64,000 nucleotides of DNA from Lepidodermella squamata (GCA_047495785.1 JBLDXI010000042.1:4092001-4156000), one strand, 5' to 3'; positions 1-13,666 are shown, counted from the first letter of the stretch. Notes: generated by a model not told the origin, from the letters alone. Translations and numbers: made by a program.

Positions 1-142
1 GATAATATTGGAAAAATTTGTGCAGTTAATTTATGTTTTTCCGAATTATTTTGAAGACATTTTAATGAAAGGAATCGAATAGTTCGAACTACAATCGTAT
101 TACCAATCCATACTAATTTTCTCAACATTTTTATTTTTTTAG

Positions 143-3100
143 AACGACGATTCAAAACGGAACGCTACTCGATTGCTGTGCGAACGAGTTTGCGGCTGGT
201 CGATTGATGTTGTTTCAAACGGTCGAATCCACGCCGGCATTTGCCCCTCCCAAAATCAAGCAAGCGGCGTTTTAGTCGCTAGCAAACTGTCCGTGCGATC
301 TCCGCCGCCTCAAAACGACGATTATGGCGGGCTGAGTGGTGGTACTAGAAGCGACGAACTGGTCGAGCCGTACCAGGCTGACCAGGCCGAATTTTCTCGC
401 GAAAATCTCGGCTCGTTGTGGCGGGTCGGCGGAAGTAGCCGCGGCTCTTCCCCGTCTACCCCTCAGTCCGGCTGTGGCCTGAAATCTTGCTCCTTCGATT
501 CAGACTGCGATTTCAGTGAAAAATGCTGTGCGAGTTCGGAATGTACGACTCGCGTCTGCCTGCCGGCTTCAGTCGAAGAAGAGAGCCCGGGAACTTTCAA
601 AATCATCTCATTCAGCCTGGATAGCGACAAACGCGCGGCGAAATTCAACTGGATCCCGCCGCAGAATCATGTGAAAAATCAAAATACGATGTATCTGCTG
701 GAGTTGAAGTACCTGGTCGTGCCGGCTGCTGGGTCGTCCGGCGATGAGGGTGAACAAACGCTGAGCGAGCAGAGCCGAGAGGACAGAATGAGTGAATGGA
801 TGATAGTCGCAAATGTAATTTTTCAAGTTCTTATCCTATTTTTCGCCCCGATTATTCCTTCAAATTTTTTGAAAATAACAAATTTTTTTCGGTATGCGGT
901 AAATTCCGGTTTTAGTAGCTGAATCTAGTTTCGCCCTCTCCTAATGAATTTTCGCTATTATGGGAAATTATTTTGATCCCTCGAGGTTCTCGCTTTCAGA
1001 CATTTTTGTCTGGGCGCTCGATGATAATTAATTTAGCTATAGCGGTACGAGGATTGAAAGAATGACTGCGACAGAAAAAAACTATGTATGTTGAAAAACG
1101 CTGCGTGAAATCTAATGAAGCTGTAAAATCTTCAAGTTTGACCGAAGCTTGGATTATAAAAAATTGAGGAAAAATTCTGATTGAAGCAACATTTTTCTAT
1201 CCAAAACCCAGTTCTTAATTTAAGGGCTGTTTTCCCACCGCTTTTACGTAAAACCAAACTCGTACCAGATATTTGATTGTATTTACTCGTATTTCGCAGA
1301 CTTCTCACTCGACAAGTTTACACCTTGACGCAAGCGTAATCTGGCCATCGACCTGGTACCGCTTCCGGGTGGTCCGGCTATCGACAAGCGGCCCTATCGC
1401 AATCAGCCAACCGGTCGGCCCGGTCAAAATCGCGAAAGAACTTCGCGAGCTGTCCGAGCCTCGCAATGTCACCGCTTTAGGCGATCAGTGGTTTTTGAAT
1501 GTCGACGACCCAGAATCAGTCGACGGAACAATAACATGGCTACCACCCCTGAATGCCGATGTTCCAGTCACGCGTTACAAGGTGTTCTACACGCAATATG
1601 TCCCGTCGAATGTTCTCGCTATTCTATCATCCCCGCCTGAGTTCAAGAAATCCGTAGCAGGTCACGTGACTTCGATCCAATTGGAACAGCTGATCCCTGA
1701 AACGACATACCGAGTTGATATTCAAGCAATTTCACGACTTCCAGCTGTTAAGCTACGCAGTCAAAAGGCGACAATTTACATCAGAACCGTTGCGTTGGAC
1801 GAGGCAGGCGATCCGCCGGGGTTCAATGCTAGACGCAGTACGATTCCGTCAATCCACGGCACTGGCTCGTTGTTAATGGGTCCGCCGAAAAATTTCGAGC
1901 TCTCCAACGAGCAGGGCGATGGTTACTCGTTGACTGGGAGTGAAATTTTCAAGCTGCCACCAGCAGTTGATGGGTTGAATGTTGGCGAGGTTGTAACGAG
2001 TGGCGCCGGTCGTCTCGAGGTGTTAGTCACGTGGTCGGCCCCGATTCGGCCGACTAATGCGCCGGCTGTTATGAGTACGCTGGAGAATGCGGATGTTTTC
2101 AGTGATGACGAGGAGGAAACGACTGGGACGGCGCAAAATGGCGGCAAAGGTCAGTCGCCGCTGCGGTATATCGTCGAATGGGCGCCGTTGTCGTGCATTC
2201 AACAGGAGCCATCATCGGATAACAACCAGCTGGGCATGTCTCAGGCCATTCGAAGACTCAGCCTCGTCACAATGGTAAGGAAATTTTCTAAAAATTCTAC
2301 GAAAATAAAAAGATTGAAATTTTAGTAAAATTTATTCATCAAGGAGGATTTTTAAAAATTTCAACCTTGAGAAATAGAATAGAAAAAAATCCTCCTTAAT
2401 TTTGATATTTTCTCAATAAATTGAATTTTTCAACATTTTTCTGAAATTTTAATGACAATTTGGTTTAATCTAGAATACATCGGTTACGCTTCATACTCTG
2501 CTGCCGACTTGTTTCTATGAAGTTTCCGTAACCTCCCTGGACCCTGCAAATGGTCTACGCGGGCAAAAACAGACTCAGACCTTCCGAACGCCGCTTTGCT
2601 CGTCGCAAAACGGGCCTTGCAGCGGCGATCTCACAGCTACAACCACGGCTCAATCAAGCGTGACCGCGACGACAACGCGAGAACCTGAGCCGGCGTCAAA
2701 TCGGCCCGAACTCATTGATAGCGAATCCTCCTTACCCGCAGGCGATAATTCTCCGCCGCAAAAACACGAATCTACCTCTTCATACTCTCAAACTTCAAGT
2801 CTCGCCGCCCCAGCGCCTGTTCACAATCTCCAGTTCAAACCTGTAGCCGACAACGGCAGTATTCTAGTGCAATGGGAGTCTTCGCCCATGTCGCCCTTAC
2901 TCGTGCCTGTTGAACTCGTGTTTTCATGGAGCATCTACCCGTCGCTGGAACCCGCGGCCGGGCAGGTCAGACGGCTCAGCCCGAGTCGAAGTCGCGTTAT
3001 CATGCAAAATCTGAAACCAGGCCTACTCTACGTCGTAAGCGTGGTTTCAGTCGCGAGGCGGCAGTCGGATGGCGAGTTGCTAAGGAGTCCACCCGCTCGT

Positions 3101-3322
3101 ATTGTGGTACTCTTAGCCAGCCCAACCCCGGCTTCCCCGGGCCTAATACCCGATTTACCTCCCCCGACCGGGGTCGAATCATCGAAACTCAGCAAGGAGC
3201 AAAGAAGTGCGGGAACAGCTCCAGATCACCTCGCATCTCGAAGTTCAGCGCCGTTTTCAATTTTCCGAAATCTCTGCCCGTGGTACGTGTTACTCACCCT
3301 AGCCTTACCTGTTTTTCGGTAG
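143..3322 (+). CDS. Anosmin-1/KAL1-like protein (WAP + fibronectin type III repeats), 5'-partial; exons ~143-814, 1299-2274, 2473-3322
   Basis: WAP four-disulfide core (GICP...CGLKSCSFDSDCDFSEKCCASSECTTRVCLPA) followed by several FN3 repeats (WIPP, TWYRFRV, TWLPPLNADVPVTRYKVFY, LIPETTYRVDIQA, LKPGLLYVVSV). GT-AG introns link the ORFs. The C-terminus is hydrophobic. Confidence 0.8.
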
Positions 3323-4158
3323 TTGATTCATCGACCTCAAACCGGAATGAAAAATTATATAGTCTTGTATTAAACAATTGATTTCGGCCGAATGATCAAA
3401 AAAACAAGTGAAGAGCTCAGCGCTTCCTCAGGCCGATTTTAGTGGAGAAAGAATGATTTTTGTTTTATTTTTGAACTGCTTTCATTGATGGTGGTACTCT
3501 CGCGTTGTTTCGCGGGTTTTAACTTCTTGTTTTTTTATACGAGCCAAAAAACTGTTGTAAAAAGTCTCTTCTTCTTCTTCGAATTGTATCGCATCGAAAA
3601 ATTCTTGCTCTCTATCTCATGTTTAATCATCTGAAACGACGATAGCGGAAAAAATTGCGGCGTGGTATATGATAATTTATGTAGAAAAATCAATCTAAAA
3701 AAAATGATCGTGTTTTTCTATCAATTTAAACCAATGCTAATAGCTATAAAATTTCTACTTACGAAAATTATATTGCGATAATACTATTTTATATATTTTG
3801 TGCACGACCTAGCAGACGTTGTTTCTGTTGACGTTTTCCTCTATCTTGATGATGATGATGATGTAATTTACTGACTAATGCTGGTTGAAAACTAACGATT
3901 TTGTTCTTGTTCTCCGACTCTGAAGAAGAGACGAATTTGATATATAGGTTGTTATACTACAACAACGGAAAGAATATGTATGATGAGCGAAAAAATGATG
4001 AAAATGCAATAAAAAAGATCAGAAACTAAAATGAGGCTATGTTTGGCTACAATTCAAGTGAAAAATGCTAATTAGGCATAGCTATGCTATCAGTGCGACA
4101 TTTGTCAGCAGTCGAGTTAATTGCAATTCACTTTGAGCTGTTTTCATCTAAAAAAATT

Positions 4159-7100
4159 ATGGACCGTTCAGACACGGTAGCGAGTGGTCTGGATTTCACA
4201 GGGCGAGGGATTGATTACAGCTACGTGAAAAGGCAAAATATTCGAAATGGAGCTTTCAAGCAACGATCAATGTCCTTCGCCCCGATTTCACCCGCTCTTT
4301 GGCAGGAGGAGATTCAATCAGCCGTGAATGCCGTCGCTACAGGCGAAGAGACAGGGGCGAAATCTGACAGCAGCGAGACGAATTCGCCGATCAAAACTTG
4401 GTTCCAGGCGACCATCAAAAACAGCTTGTTTTGGCACTGGTTGACAGAGGACATATCATTTTTCTGCTTTTCGCGGTCTAACATGATACGGAGATGCGCG
4501 ACCAAGTTGGTTGAATGGCGGTGGTTCGAGCGGATCAGCTTGCTAGTTATCGCTTGTAACTGCCTATCAATCGCCATGTTCAACCCATGCGAGGATAACC
4601 TTCGATTCCAGCAATGCAAAACCGAAAAATGTCGAAATTTACGCCTGATTGACGTATTTGTCTCGGCATTTTTCCTATTCGAAATGCTAGTCAAAATGTT
4701 GTCAATGTGCGCGTTTGGTCATAAGAAGGCATACCTAGCCGATCCTTGGAATCGGTTAGACTTTGTCGTTGTTCTGATGAGGTAAGTTGCGAAAAACCCA
4801 CCGTTGCTCCCATTACCGATTTCCCTTTAGCTTTGCGGATTACATGAGCTTCGAAAAGGACGAGGATGCTCATGCATCGGACTGGACTTTACTCCGAGTT
4901 TTCAGGATATTGCGGCCAATAAGAGCAATCAAACGACTACCAAGTTAGTTTGTCCCTATTTGTGCAGTGTTATCTTAAAAAGGGGTTTCAGGCTTGAGAT
5001 TGCTGGTCAATTTGTTGATAGACACCCTTCCAGCCTTGAGTTCTATCATCGTGATCATCATCTTCATCTATTTCATCTTTGGAATCGTTGGAATCCAACT
5101 TTGGTCAGGGGACCTTCGCAAGCGTTGCCATCTCAAGCAACCATCTTTGATCAACACTTCAACTGGCAACGATACTAGCCTGACAGAATCTGAAGATGGC
5201 ACGCTGGATTATCTGTTCCAATACGTTTACTTCGTGAACAACACTTTGACAAGTGGGAATGTATCGCAAATCATTTCTAATGCGACCAACTTCGGAGGTA
5301 GCACTACAAGGTCGCCTGGAAACATGGGCGGGGTGGGGAGGGGTGGAACTCATGGCCGTGTTGCTGTTCGAAAGACAATTCCGATGCCTATATTTTACGA
5401 ATCACCTAGCTTGGACGATTTCACCTGTGGAGGCTTCTTGGAGTGTTCGGAGGTCGTCAACTTCGAGTGAGTTAAATCATCATTAATTATCCCATAACTT
5501 GGCTTTTCCATCAGGAAACGTAACTCCATGTGCGAGACCCTCTATCAGGAGGATGAGGACAGTCAAGCGTTTTGTAGTAACTTGATACCTCACTACAGCC
5601 GATGCAAGCAAAGCGAGGCAAATCCGTTTGATGGCGGCGTTTCATTCGACAACATAGCCATTGCCTTCATCACAATCTTTCAAGTAAGGAACCATTTCAA
5701 GGTGTATTTCAGTAATCATAGCTTTATCTTAGGCAGTCTCCCCTGAAGGATGGAGCGAAATCATGTGGGTTTGAAGATTTCTCATGAAGATCATACTCTA
5801 TACCCCTATGTTTTCTAAGGTATACGGTTCAAGATGCTAGCTCGTTCTGGGCTTGGCCTTACTTTGTCTTCCTGATCCTGCTTATAACCTTCGGCATTTC
5901 CAACTTAGCTTTCATTGTTGTTGCGGTGCAGATTCCTCAAACGAAGAAGCATCTCGCTGCGCAGATGGTATCAAATTTCACTTTCGTTTTACGAAATTCA
6001 AAGCATTTTCGTCGTAGAAACAAGAGGAGCTGGAGGCAAAACGAATGAAGGAAGCATCAAAATTAGGCTACTGGTTCACTCAGGTTAACCAGAAGCTTTC
6101 GGGAGATGTGGTTCCCCGAACAGCGCGATCGTCAGTGATGTCTCATGGCAATCCGAAGTCCAGCTTGCGAGGCGAACGACCTCCTCCGAGTGACACTGGT
6201 ACGACCGGTACGACGTCAGACTTACAAGAGATGAACAGCCGTAACTTTTACACACTTTTGGTTGATTTGATCGTCGACTTTGTACGCGCATGGTTTCGTG
6301 GATTCGTGGACCGACGGCGGCGCGCCTACTACGGTGACAATTACCAAGCTAAAATGGCTGGAAAAAGAGATCAGACCCCGCTCTTCTTGAAGAAATTGTA
6401 CCGTTGGGTAGCTCGAAACAGAGCTTTCATGCGAGGAATTATGAAGCATGTAGCTTGGATAATTTTCATAAAACTAGCGATTATCATTAGCACTGTTTCT
6501 ATGGCCGTGGAACATCACAACCAACCTCAATGGCTGACTGAGGTTGTAGACCATTGCCATCTTGGTTTTACCATTCTTTTCACTATTGAGCTGATCTTGA
6601 AATTATACGCATTTGGATTCGTTTCTTTTATAAGAAAAGGCTTCAATATGCTGGATTTGACCATTGTGGTAATAAGGTAAAACGGCTTATTCTTTAAATC
6701 AGCAAAATTATCAATTTCAAATCTAAGCTTGATGGAGCTGAGCCAGGATGGAACGGACGACACTGGTCTCTCCGTACTCCGAGCTTTTCGACTTTTGCGA
6801 ATATTCAAGTGAAATCTGTGGCACCACATTGTTCCACTTTATCTTTTACTTGCCTAGGCTTCTGAAGTTTTCTCCAGGCATGCAAGATCAACTTGCGGCC
6901 ATATTCCGAACAATAAACAACGTTACACCTTTCATCGTCCTGTTCAGCCTGTTCATATTCATCTTCGTGGTTCTTGGGTAAATTCGACCCGCCGATATTC
7001 GACTTGAATCTGACCCTCAATTCTATCCTACAGGTTGCTTCTGTTTGGCTGCGAGTTCTGCAACAGCCAAACAATGCTTTACTACAACACCAGTTTGACC

Positions 7101-10100
7101 AATTGGACGGTAGCCGAAAGAACAGGATCGATCATGGCGGACCAGTCAATTTCCGGGGCTTGTAAAAGTTACAATAAGCGTCGCCAGGACAATTTCTACA
7201 CCCTCCTCTCATCGCTTCTTACTGTTCTAAGGGTAAGCTCTTATCATCAATATTCTGCTTAGCATCCGCCGTTCTGTTTCAGGTCTTGACGCAGGATGAC
7301 GGATGGTCACAAGCGCTGCGAGATACCATGTTTTATACATCAGCTTACTGGCCGGCGGCTTACTTCGTTTGCTTGTTGATGTTCGGTCATTACGTTTTAC
7401 TTAGCATGCTCCTCGCTATCATTGATGTCGGATCCTCGCAAGCAGGTGCAAAATTCTTGAAAGAAATGGGAAATCGGTCCCAGTATCCATCACTTCTATC
7501 TGTCGCTGCGGTAAGGTCATTCGAATTTTTCCATAAGACGATTTATTCTGCGTCTCGGTTTCTAGTCGTGGAACAGCAGCGTAACAGCCTTTGAAGCCGG
7601 AAGTTGGCGAAGGCAACGCAGGCGCTCATACAGCCGAGCAATTCGGAAGCGACCCCTCGCGCTCAGTAGGCAGACTAGCGAGGAAAAACGAAAAAAATCT
7701 TACAAAATTGCAGTTGCACGCAACCCAATATCAACTCCAACTTTAGCACAGCGACGGAGAAGGCTATTCATGCGCAGGTCATCTCTTGCCTTGCAGCGAT
7801 TGCGCAGCCTGGTTATCCGGGAAAAGCCGAATATTCAGGATATTATTGAAATGCATGAGGTTGTGCCCGAGCCTGAGCCCGAGCCTGAACCTGAACAGGT
7901 TTCCCAGCCAGACCAAATCGATGCTGTTCGGGAAGAAATCGCCGATTTCGACTCGCAGTCACAATCCGAATTCGTCAGCATCATTGATAGCCGACGTCAG
8001 AGCATGTTTTCACTGAAGTCATCTATCAGCAGCGAAAGCCAACCAGCCGAGCCATTGCTGGCTGAAAAATCCAAGATTTCTGATGTCACCGACAAATCCC
8101 AGTCAGGAGTAAGCAGTTACGAAGCTCCTCTCAATTACGGAAACCTGCGAAGCATAACTCCGGTCCTCGCTAGACGCCGTAATTTTGTTGACCCTGTTCG
8201 AACCAGAACTATATCTCAAGGAGACAATGTCAGCATTATCGAAAGCATAATCACAGGAGTGACGCATCTGGAGCCAGAGCCACGGACTCCGATGAATAAA
8301 CTCCGAAGAGGAACTATCAAGCACCTAAGCAACCTCAAGTCTGCTTTAAAATCGATATCGTTGAAGAAAAGCAGTTCCATTCCCGGTAGAGTTGAGAAAC
8401 TTCGGAGGGAGAAAAAAGTTCAGCTGCCAGCGGATGGGGTTCGTGAAGCTATTGGATCTAAAGAACCTTCGGTCTTAGTTTTGCCATTTATTGGTTTCAC
8501 GAAGCAAGTCAACCCACATATGAGAAAGGAAGGCGGAAACAGCGCATCGCTCTACTTGTTTAAATCTGACAACCCTATCAGAAAACTTTTGAATAAGCTT
8601 GTCCTATCAACTCATTATGATACGGTGATGTTGGTCATAGTTCTGCTGAACTGCTTTACACTGGCGTTCGAAAGGCCCTCGATAGATCGCGAAAGCTGGG
8701 AACGGACATTTCTGGATGCGGCAAACTACATCTTCACCGGCATATTTTTCTTTGAAGCTGTCATCAAAATAATCGCGCTAGGTTTCGTTTTTGGACACGG
8801 AACCTATCTACACAGCGGCTGGAATATTCTGGATTTTATTCTGGTAATAATATCTATCATCGATCTTGCTATTGATGACTTTGCGTCATCTGACGACGAT
8901 GGCGATGATTCATTGAGGGCGTTAAGAGCTTTGAGGCTTCTGAGGACGTTCAAACCATTGCGAGCAATAAACAGAACACCAGGTATAGACTTTCATCTCA
9001 ACCTGAACTCAGGACTTCGGAAGATTTGTTTCAGGTTTGAAGACAGTTACCCGCATGCTCTCCGTATCCGTTAAGTCTGTCGCTAACATTTTGGTTATTG
9101 TCGCAATTTTCTTCGTTGCCTTTGCGGTTTTGGGCCTTCAGTTATTCCGAGGCTGCTACTACCATTGCGCCATCAATACCGGTACTGTCAACAACAAAAT
9201 CAATCGGCAACTGAATCTTGCGGCAAGCATGGCTAATCAAACGAGCAATTCCAGCGCAATTTTTCGGAGTGAAAATGCGACATTAGCTCTGACGAAGAAA
9301 CCCGTACTATCCCAGGCCGAACTGAAAGCTTACCTTGAAAACGTCAAAACGCGACGCGACTGTTTAGCGATTGAAGGCCTTCAATGGCAGAATGAACCTT
9401 ACAATTTTGACAATTTCATGCAGTCCATCATTGCTCTAATGGTGAGTACGAAGAATATGAGCTCTCCGTAATCTTAATTATGATATTCCTCAGGTTATCG
9501 TTACGTTTGATGGCTGGATCGAAATTACAGAGAACGGATTGGATTGCGTTGACGTGGATGTTCAGCCGATCCATCACTACGCGCCATGGCGAATAGTATA
9601 CTTTCTCTCCTTCCTAATGATCATTGGCTTTTGCGTTGTGGAAATGTTTGTCGGCGTTATTGTGAATAATTACAAGCACATGAAGGGCCATTTGATCCGC
9701 GAGGCCGATAAAACGCTCAACATCATAACTCGGGCGGGCCAAAAGCTCGAAGAAATGTCCTCAAAGCTTGAGAGGCGCAGTGAAGGCGGATTTGCTGGTA
9801 TTTTAAGGAGTATCAGTAAATCAGAGGCTCTGAAATACATTCTCGACCTGCCATTATGGCGGAAGCGCTTAGTTCGAATCTGTGAAAGCTTCTACTTGGA
9901 CCTATTTATGGCGGTCCTTATTGTGGCTAATATCTTCGTAATGGCGTCAGAGCATTATCAGATGGATAAAAACTTGGCACATTCCTTGAAAATCGTTCAT
10001 TATTGCTTCGCAGGTATATTTACCTTGGAAGTCATTATCAAGATTGCAGCTTTCGGACCCTCGCGCTACTATAACAGCTCTTGGAATCGCTTTGATATCG

Positions 10101-11288
10101 TTGTGGCTCTTCTTTGCGTGGTTGAACTTATAGTTGGCTCGATCGATGCTCTTAACGGTATTTCCTTTGTCGATCCGGGTATTATCCGTATATTGAGAGT
10201 TGCGCGAGTGATAAGAGCCTTGAAATTGCTGAAAGTCGCCAAGGGCGTGCAATCTCTACTGGTGACCCTAAGGCATACTTTGCCGCAAGTGGCAAATCTG
10301 ACGCTATTATTTATGCTGATCTTTTTCATCTATGCAACCTTCGGAGTTGAGCTGCTCGGTCGTCTCCACTGTCCTTACAACAGCTGTGATGGTTTATCAC
10401 GCCACGCTAATTTTCACAACTTCGGTAAGTTCAAAGTCCTTGATTTCACTCATTTTAATCGTGATCATCTAGGAATGGCGATGCTTACTCTGTTCCGTGT
10501 ATCAACCGGTGATAATTGGAAAGCTATTTTGGAAGATTCCTTGGAATTGGCTGCTGATCCGACGACCAGATGCTTCGGACCACCATCTTCAACTCGCGAA
10601 GTCGTCTCGGAACTTGAAAAGTATAACAGACGAGTTGCAAACAAAAACAGCACTGTTTTCGTTGCGTCCTCGTCTTCCTCGTCTATGGACAAGAAACCTT
10701 TAGTTGGCTCTGGGGTTAACGATTGCTCGATCGTAACTGCTTTAGCCCCGATATATTTTACTTCTTTCTTCATCATCACTCAGTTCTTTCTTATCAACAT
10801 TATCGTTGCCTGTCTGATGCATCATCTTGAAGTAAGATATCAACCTTGGTTTAAGACTTTTTTACAGTGGCTTTTCAGGTTGCGGAGAAACAAGGCCTTC
10901 TTCTGTTGGAGCCAGTCGAAAACTTCAAACAAATCCGAGTGAAAAGGCTGCAGGAACTCGTTCCTCGCATGGCCACAACTTCAGCGCCTATCGTTTCTCT
11001 CGCGATAGGACAGGTAAGTTCAGAAGCTGCAAACGCCTACGATCCTAACTTCGTTTTTAGGACGGGACAATCAGCATGACTAATCACACGTTCAACAACC
11101 AATCAGGGGATGAAGAGGATGATGAGCCATTCCTTGAGGTCGCGCCAGACAACGAAAGTGACAATGGAATAGTTATGCGGGAAATCACTAACCAAGAAGA
11201 GGGTGAATCAAATGCATATCGCCGACGGTCTTCATCGGCGAATTCCGCAGCAGGAACAAACAAAGCTTGTTTTTCAAATTATGTTTAA
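4159..11288 (+). CDS. Voltage-gated calcium channel alpha1 subunit, T-type (Cav3)-like, multi-exon
   Basis: Four 6-TM repeats with S4 segments (LLRVFRILRPIRAIKR; VLRAFRLLRIFK; LRALRALRLLRTFKPLRAINR; IIRILRVARVIRALKLLK). Cav3-typical segments include ANPFDGGVSFDNIAIAFITIFQ, SMAVEHHNQP, DCVDVDVQPIHHYAPW, GLSRHANFHNFG and LFRVSTGDNW. Confidence 0.9.
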
Positions 11289-11522
11289 GTAAATAAAAAC
11301 CGGTGTAAAGTATCAAGAGAAGTTCAATCAATCCTCTATATTGTTTTTAAAAATCTGTTAAAAATGCGTTGAGAGATGCGCATGAAATCGATTGTGCACC
11401 AGTAGATAAACAATTTCCGCAGGGCTGATCAGCTATGAGCTGTATTTACTTTGGTTACAAGGTAATACTGGCTTTTTTAGAGTTGGTACTTTGACTTGAA
11501 AATTTTGAGCGACTTTTGCGAT

Positions 11523-12704
11523 ATGGAACTCATCAAATCGCTCCTGATTTTTACGTCCCCCTTAGTTTTGCATCTTATTTCAGCAGCCAGTAGAGAGAAC
11601 GATATTCGATTTTTGATATTGAATGAATGTAACTTTCTACCCGGAGTTACTCATCCTAATGAGAATAACGTGTCCGCCATGCCATCCCCTATGACCATGG
11701 GTTTTTCATACAGTCGATTGATAAAGCTTGATGACTTGGAGGAGACTGTCACGTTGAGTGGGTACGCGTTTCTCGCCATGAAATTGGATTGCATTAAGGA
11801 AGCAGCTCTTCGATACAATGAATCTCGCGTTGTGCCGCCATATTGGAGCCTTACCAATACCAACGAGTATTGGAGGCCAGGCTTAGTCAATGATAACAGG
11901 TTAGGTAATTTTGACATGGGACATCAATTTTGCAAGCAATTTTCATATCACAGTGTGGATGACTATGGCCTCACTAGCAACATATTTCCTGCCATCACTG
12001 CGAGGCCGTTCGATGGCAATATTCAACTGGCTTTCGGAGGTCTATTCAACGTATTCTGTGAGATGAAGTTCGAGAAGTTCCCATTGGATAAGCAACATTG
12101 CTCTCTGGACTTCGGCCTGTGGCTGCCAAGCGCCGTCATTTCATTACAACTCCAGACCATCATCGATAGCCCAACTTTCGCTTCCGCCAATGTCGGTTGG
12201 AATATTGGCAAAATTTCGGCAAACTTCTCTCTAAAAAGCTATACTGAGACTAACTTCCATGCTGTAAAATTTCGCTTCGAACTAATTCGACTGCCCGACT
12301 ACTTCTTACTAAACATCGTTGCACCTTGTTTCATCCTAACAATTGTCCAGTTTGCTGGGGCTTTCTTACCTCCTGATACTTCTGAGCGATCAAGTTTCGC
12401 TGTTACCGTTCTGCTGGCATTCACAGTAGCCCAGAGCCAGGTTCTCGCGAACGTGCCAAAGACGCCGAGCAACATCTTGCTATCTGACCTGCTTTTCGGT
12501 TTGATTGCTTCATCAATGATCATCACTTGTTATTGCGCTGTCATGTGCGCTTGTTGCGAACTGGACGAATCTTTCAATGGAGTCGTTTCATTGTGGCGCA
12601 TCAAAGGTCGGAAAAGCCGATGTATCGACGCCGCGTTCTTTTCTATACTGGCTATCATTGTTTTCATTTTTGTTACTGCAATGTTTATTGCAATCACTAC
12701 TTGA
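11523..12704 (+). CDS. Cys-loop (pentameric) ligand-gated ion channel subunit, cation-type, intronless
   Basis: Signal peptide, YWRPG loop-A motif, Cys loop CEMKFEKFPLDKQHC, pre-M1 R-x-P-x-Y-F, four TM helices, and M2 SERSSFAVTVLLAFTV. Confidence 0.88.
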   Translation: MELIKSLLIFTSPLVLHLISAASRENDIRFLILNECNFLPGVTHPNENNVSAMPSPMTMGFSYSRLIKLDDLEETVTLSGYAFLAMKLDCIKEAALRYNESRVVPPYWSLTNTNEYWRPGLVNDNRLGNFDMGHQFCKQFSYHSVDDYGLTSNIFPAITARPFDGNIQLAFGGLFNVFCEMKFEKFPLDKQHCSLDFGLWLPSAVISLQLQTIIDSPTFASANVGWNIGKISANFSLKSYTETNFHAVKFRFELIRLPDYFLLNIVAPCFILTIVQFAGAFLPPDTSERSSFAVTVLLAFTVAQSQVLANVPKTPSNILLSDLLFGLIASSMIITCYCAVMCACCELDESFNGVVSLWRIKGRKSRCIDAAFFSILAIIVFIFVTAMFIAITT

Positions 12705-13666
12705 TGTTAACCGGTACTTGCGTGAAGCTACGTGTGATGCGAACATGGGGACTTAAGAATAACAAAAAACGAAGGTAGCTAGGGGAAGTTTGCGTGAGTT
12801 GGGTGCCAGTGGATAGTCTGTCTGTACAATATCCCAAATTCACCTTTAATTAACATATTATTTCAAATCAAACTTCGCAGTGTAAGTTTACCTGAATCAT
12901 TTCCACTTGCCTAAGCTATTTAACGGTACGCCTCACGGAGTCTTTATATTGTCTCACCTGCTGTTAAATTTATTCTGTTCAAGTAAACCCACTGCCCAGT
13001 GTCTTAGGGTTATTTTTTTAATAAAAATGGCATCACATTTTCCGCTGGCATCAAATGGCATCAAATGGCAAATAAAATTCCTTCTGTGTTAAATTTTCAC
13101 TATATAAATATGACTCAGATCTCACCCGGGCTGCAACGAAGCGGGGACACTGTTCTAAACTTTGAGCCACCATGGCCGACGCCCAATTCATGTTAGCTCA
13201 TGCGGTTGTGGGTAGACCAGAGAGGGGAGAATGGTAGATGGGAGGTGGAGCTGCTTCCATTCTTATCGTTGCCGAAATAGAAGCTGTGTAGAAATCCGGC
13301 TGCATGGGGTACTGGCGGTAACTTCTCTTCTTGGCATCTTTGGCTCTTTAAATTGAACCATGCTTAAAACTTGAATACTAGTAACGCTTTTTTAAGCTGT
13401 GTTCTTTCGAAACCTGTTCTGTGAAATGTTTAAGGCAATCACATTCTTCTTTTCGAACGATTCGAACTGTCGTTTATTACGATTATGAAGTTATTTTTGT
13501 TCAGTTAAGGCTAGCAGCATAGAATAGCGGCAATGTGGCAGTAATTTAACATCATCAGATACATCACATTGGGACTCAACATTTAATACACAGGCTTTTT
13601 AATTGGACTTTGATTTTGATTTTAAGATAAACCGGCAAGTCTTATTCAATGATCGTACGAGCGGAA

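Noticed and set aside
13100-13350. GC-richer island after a TATA-like sequence; possible ncRNA or relic exon
   Set aside because: No recognisable snRNA, RNase P or SRP motifs, and the minus-strand frame contains a stop. An Rfam/Infernal search would be needed.
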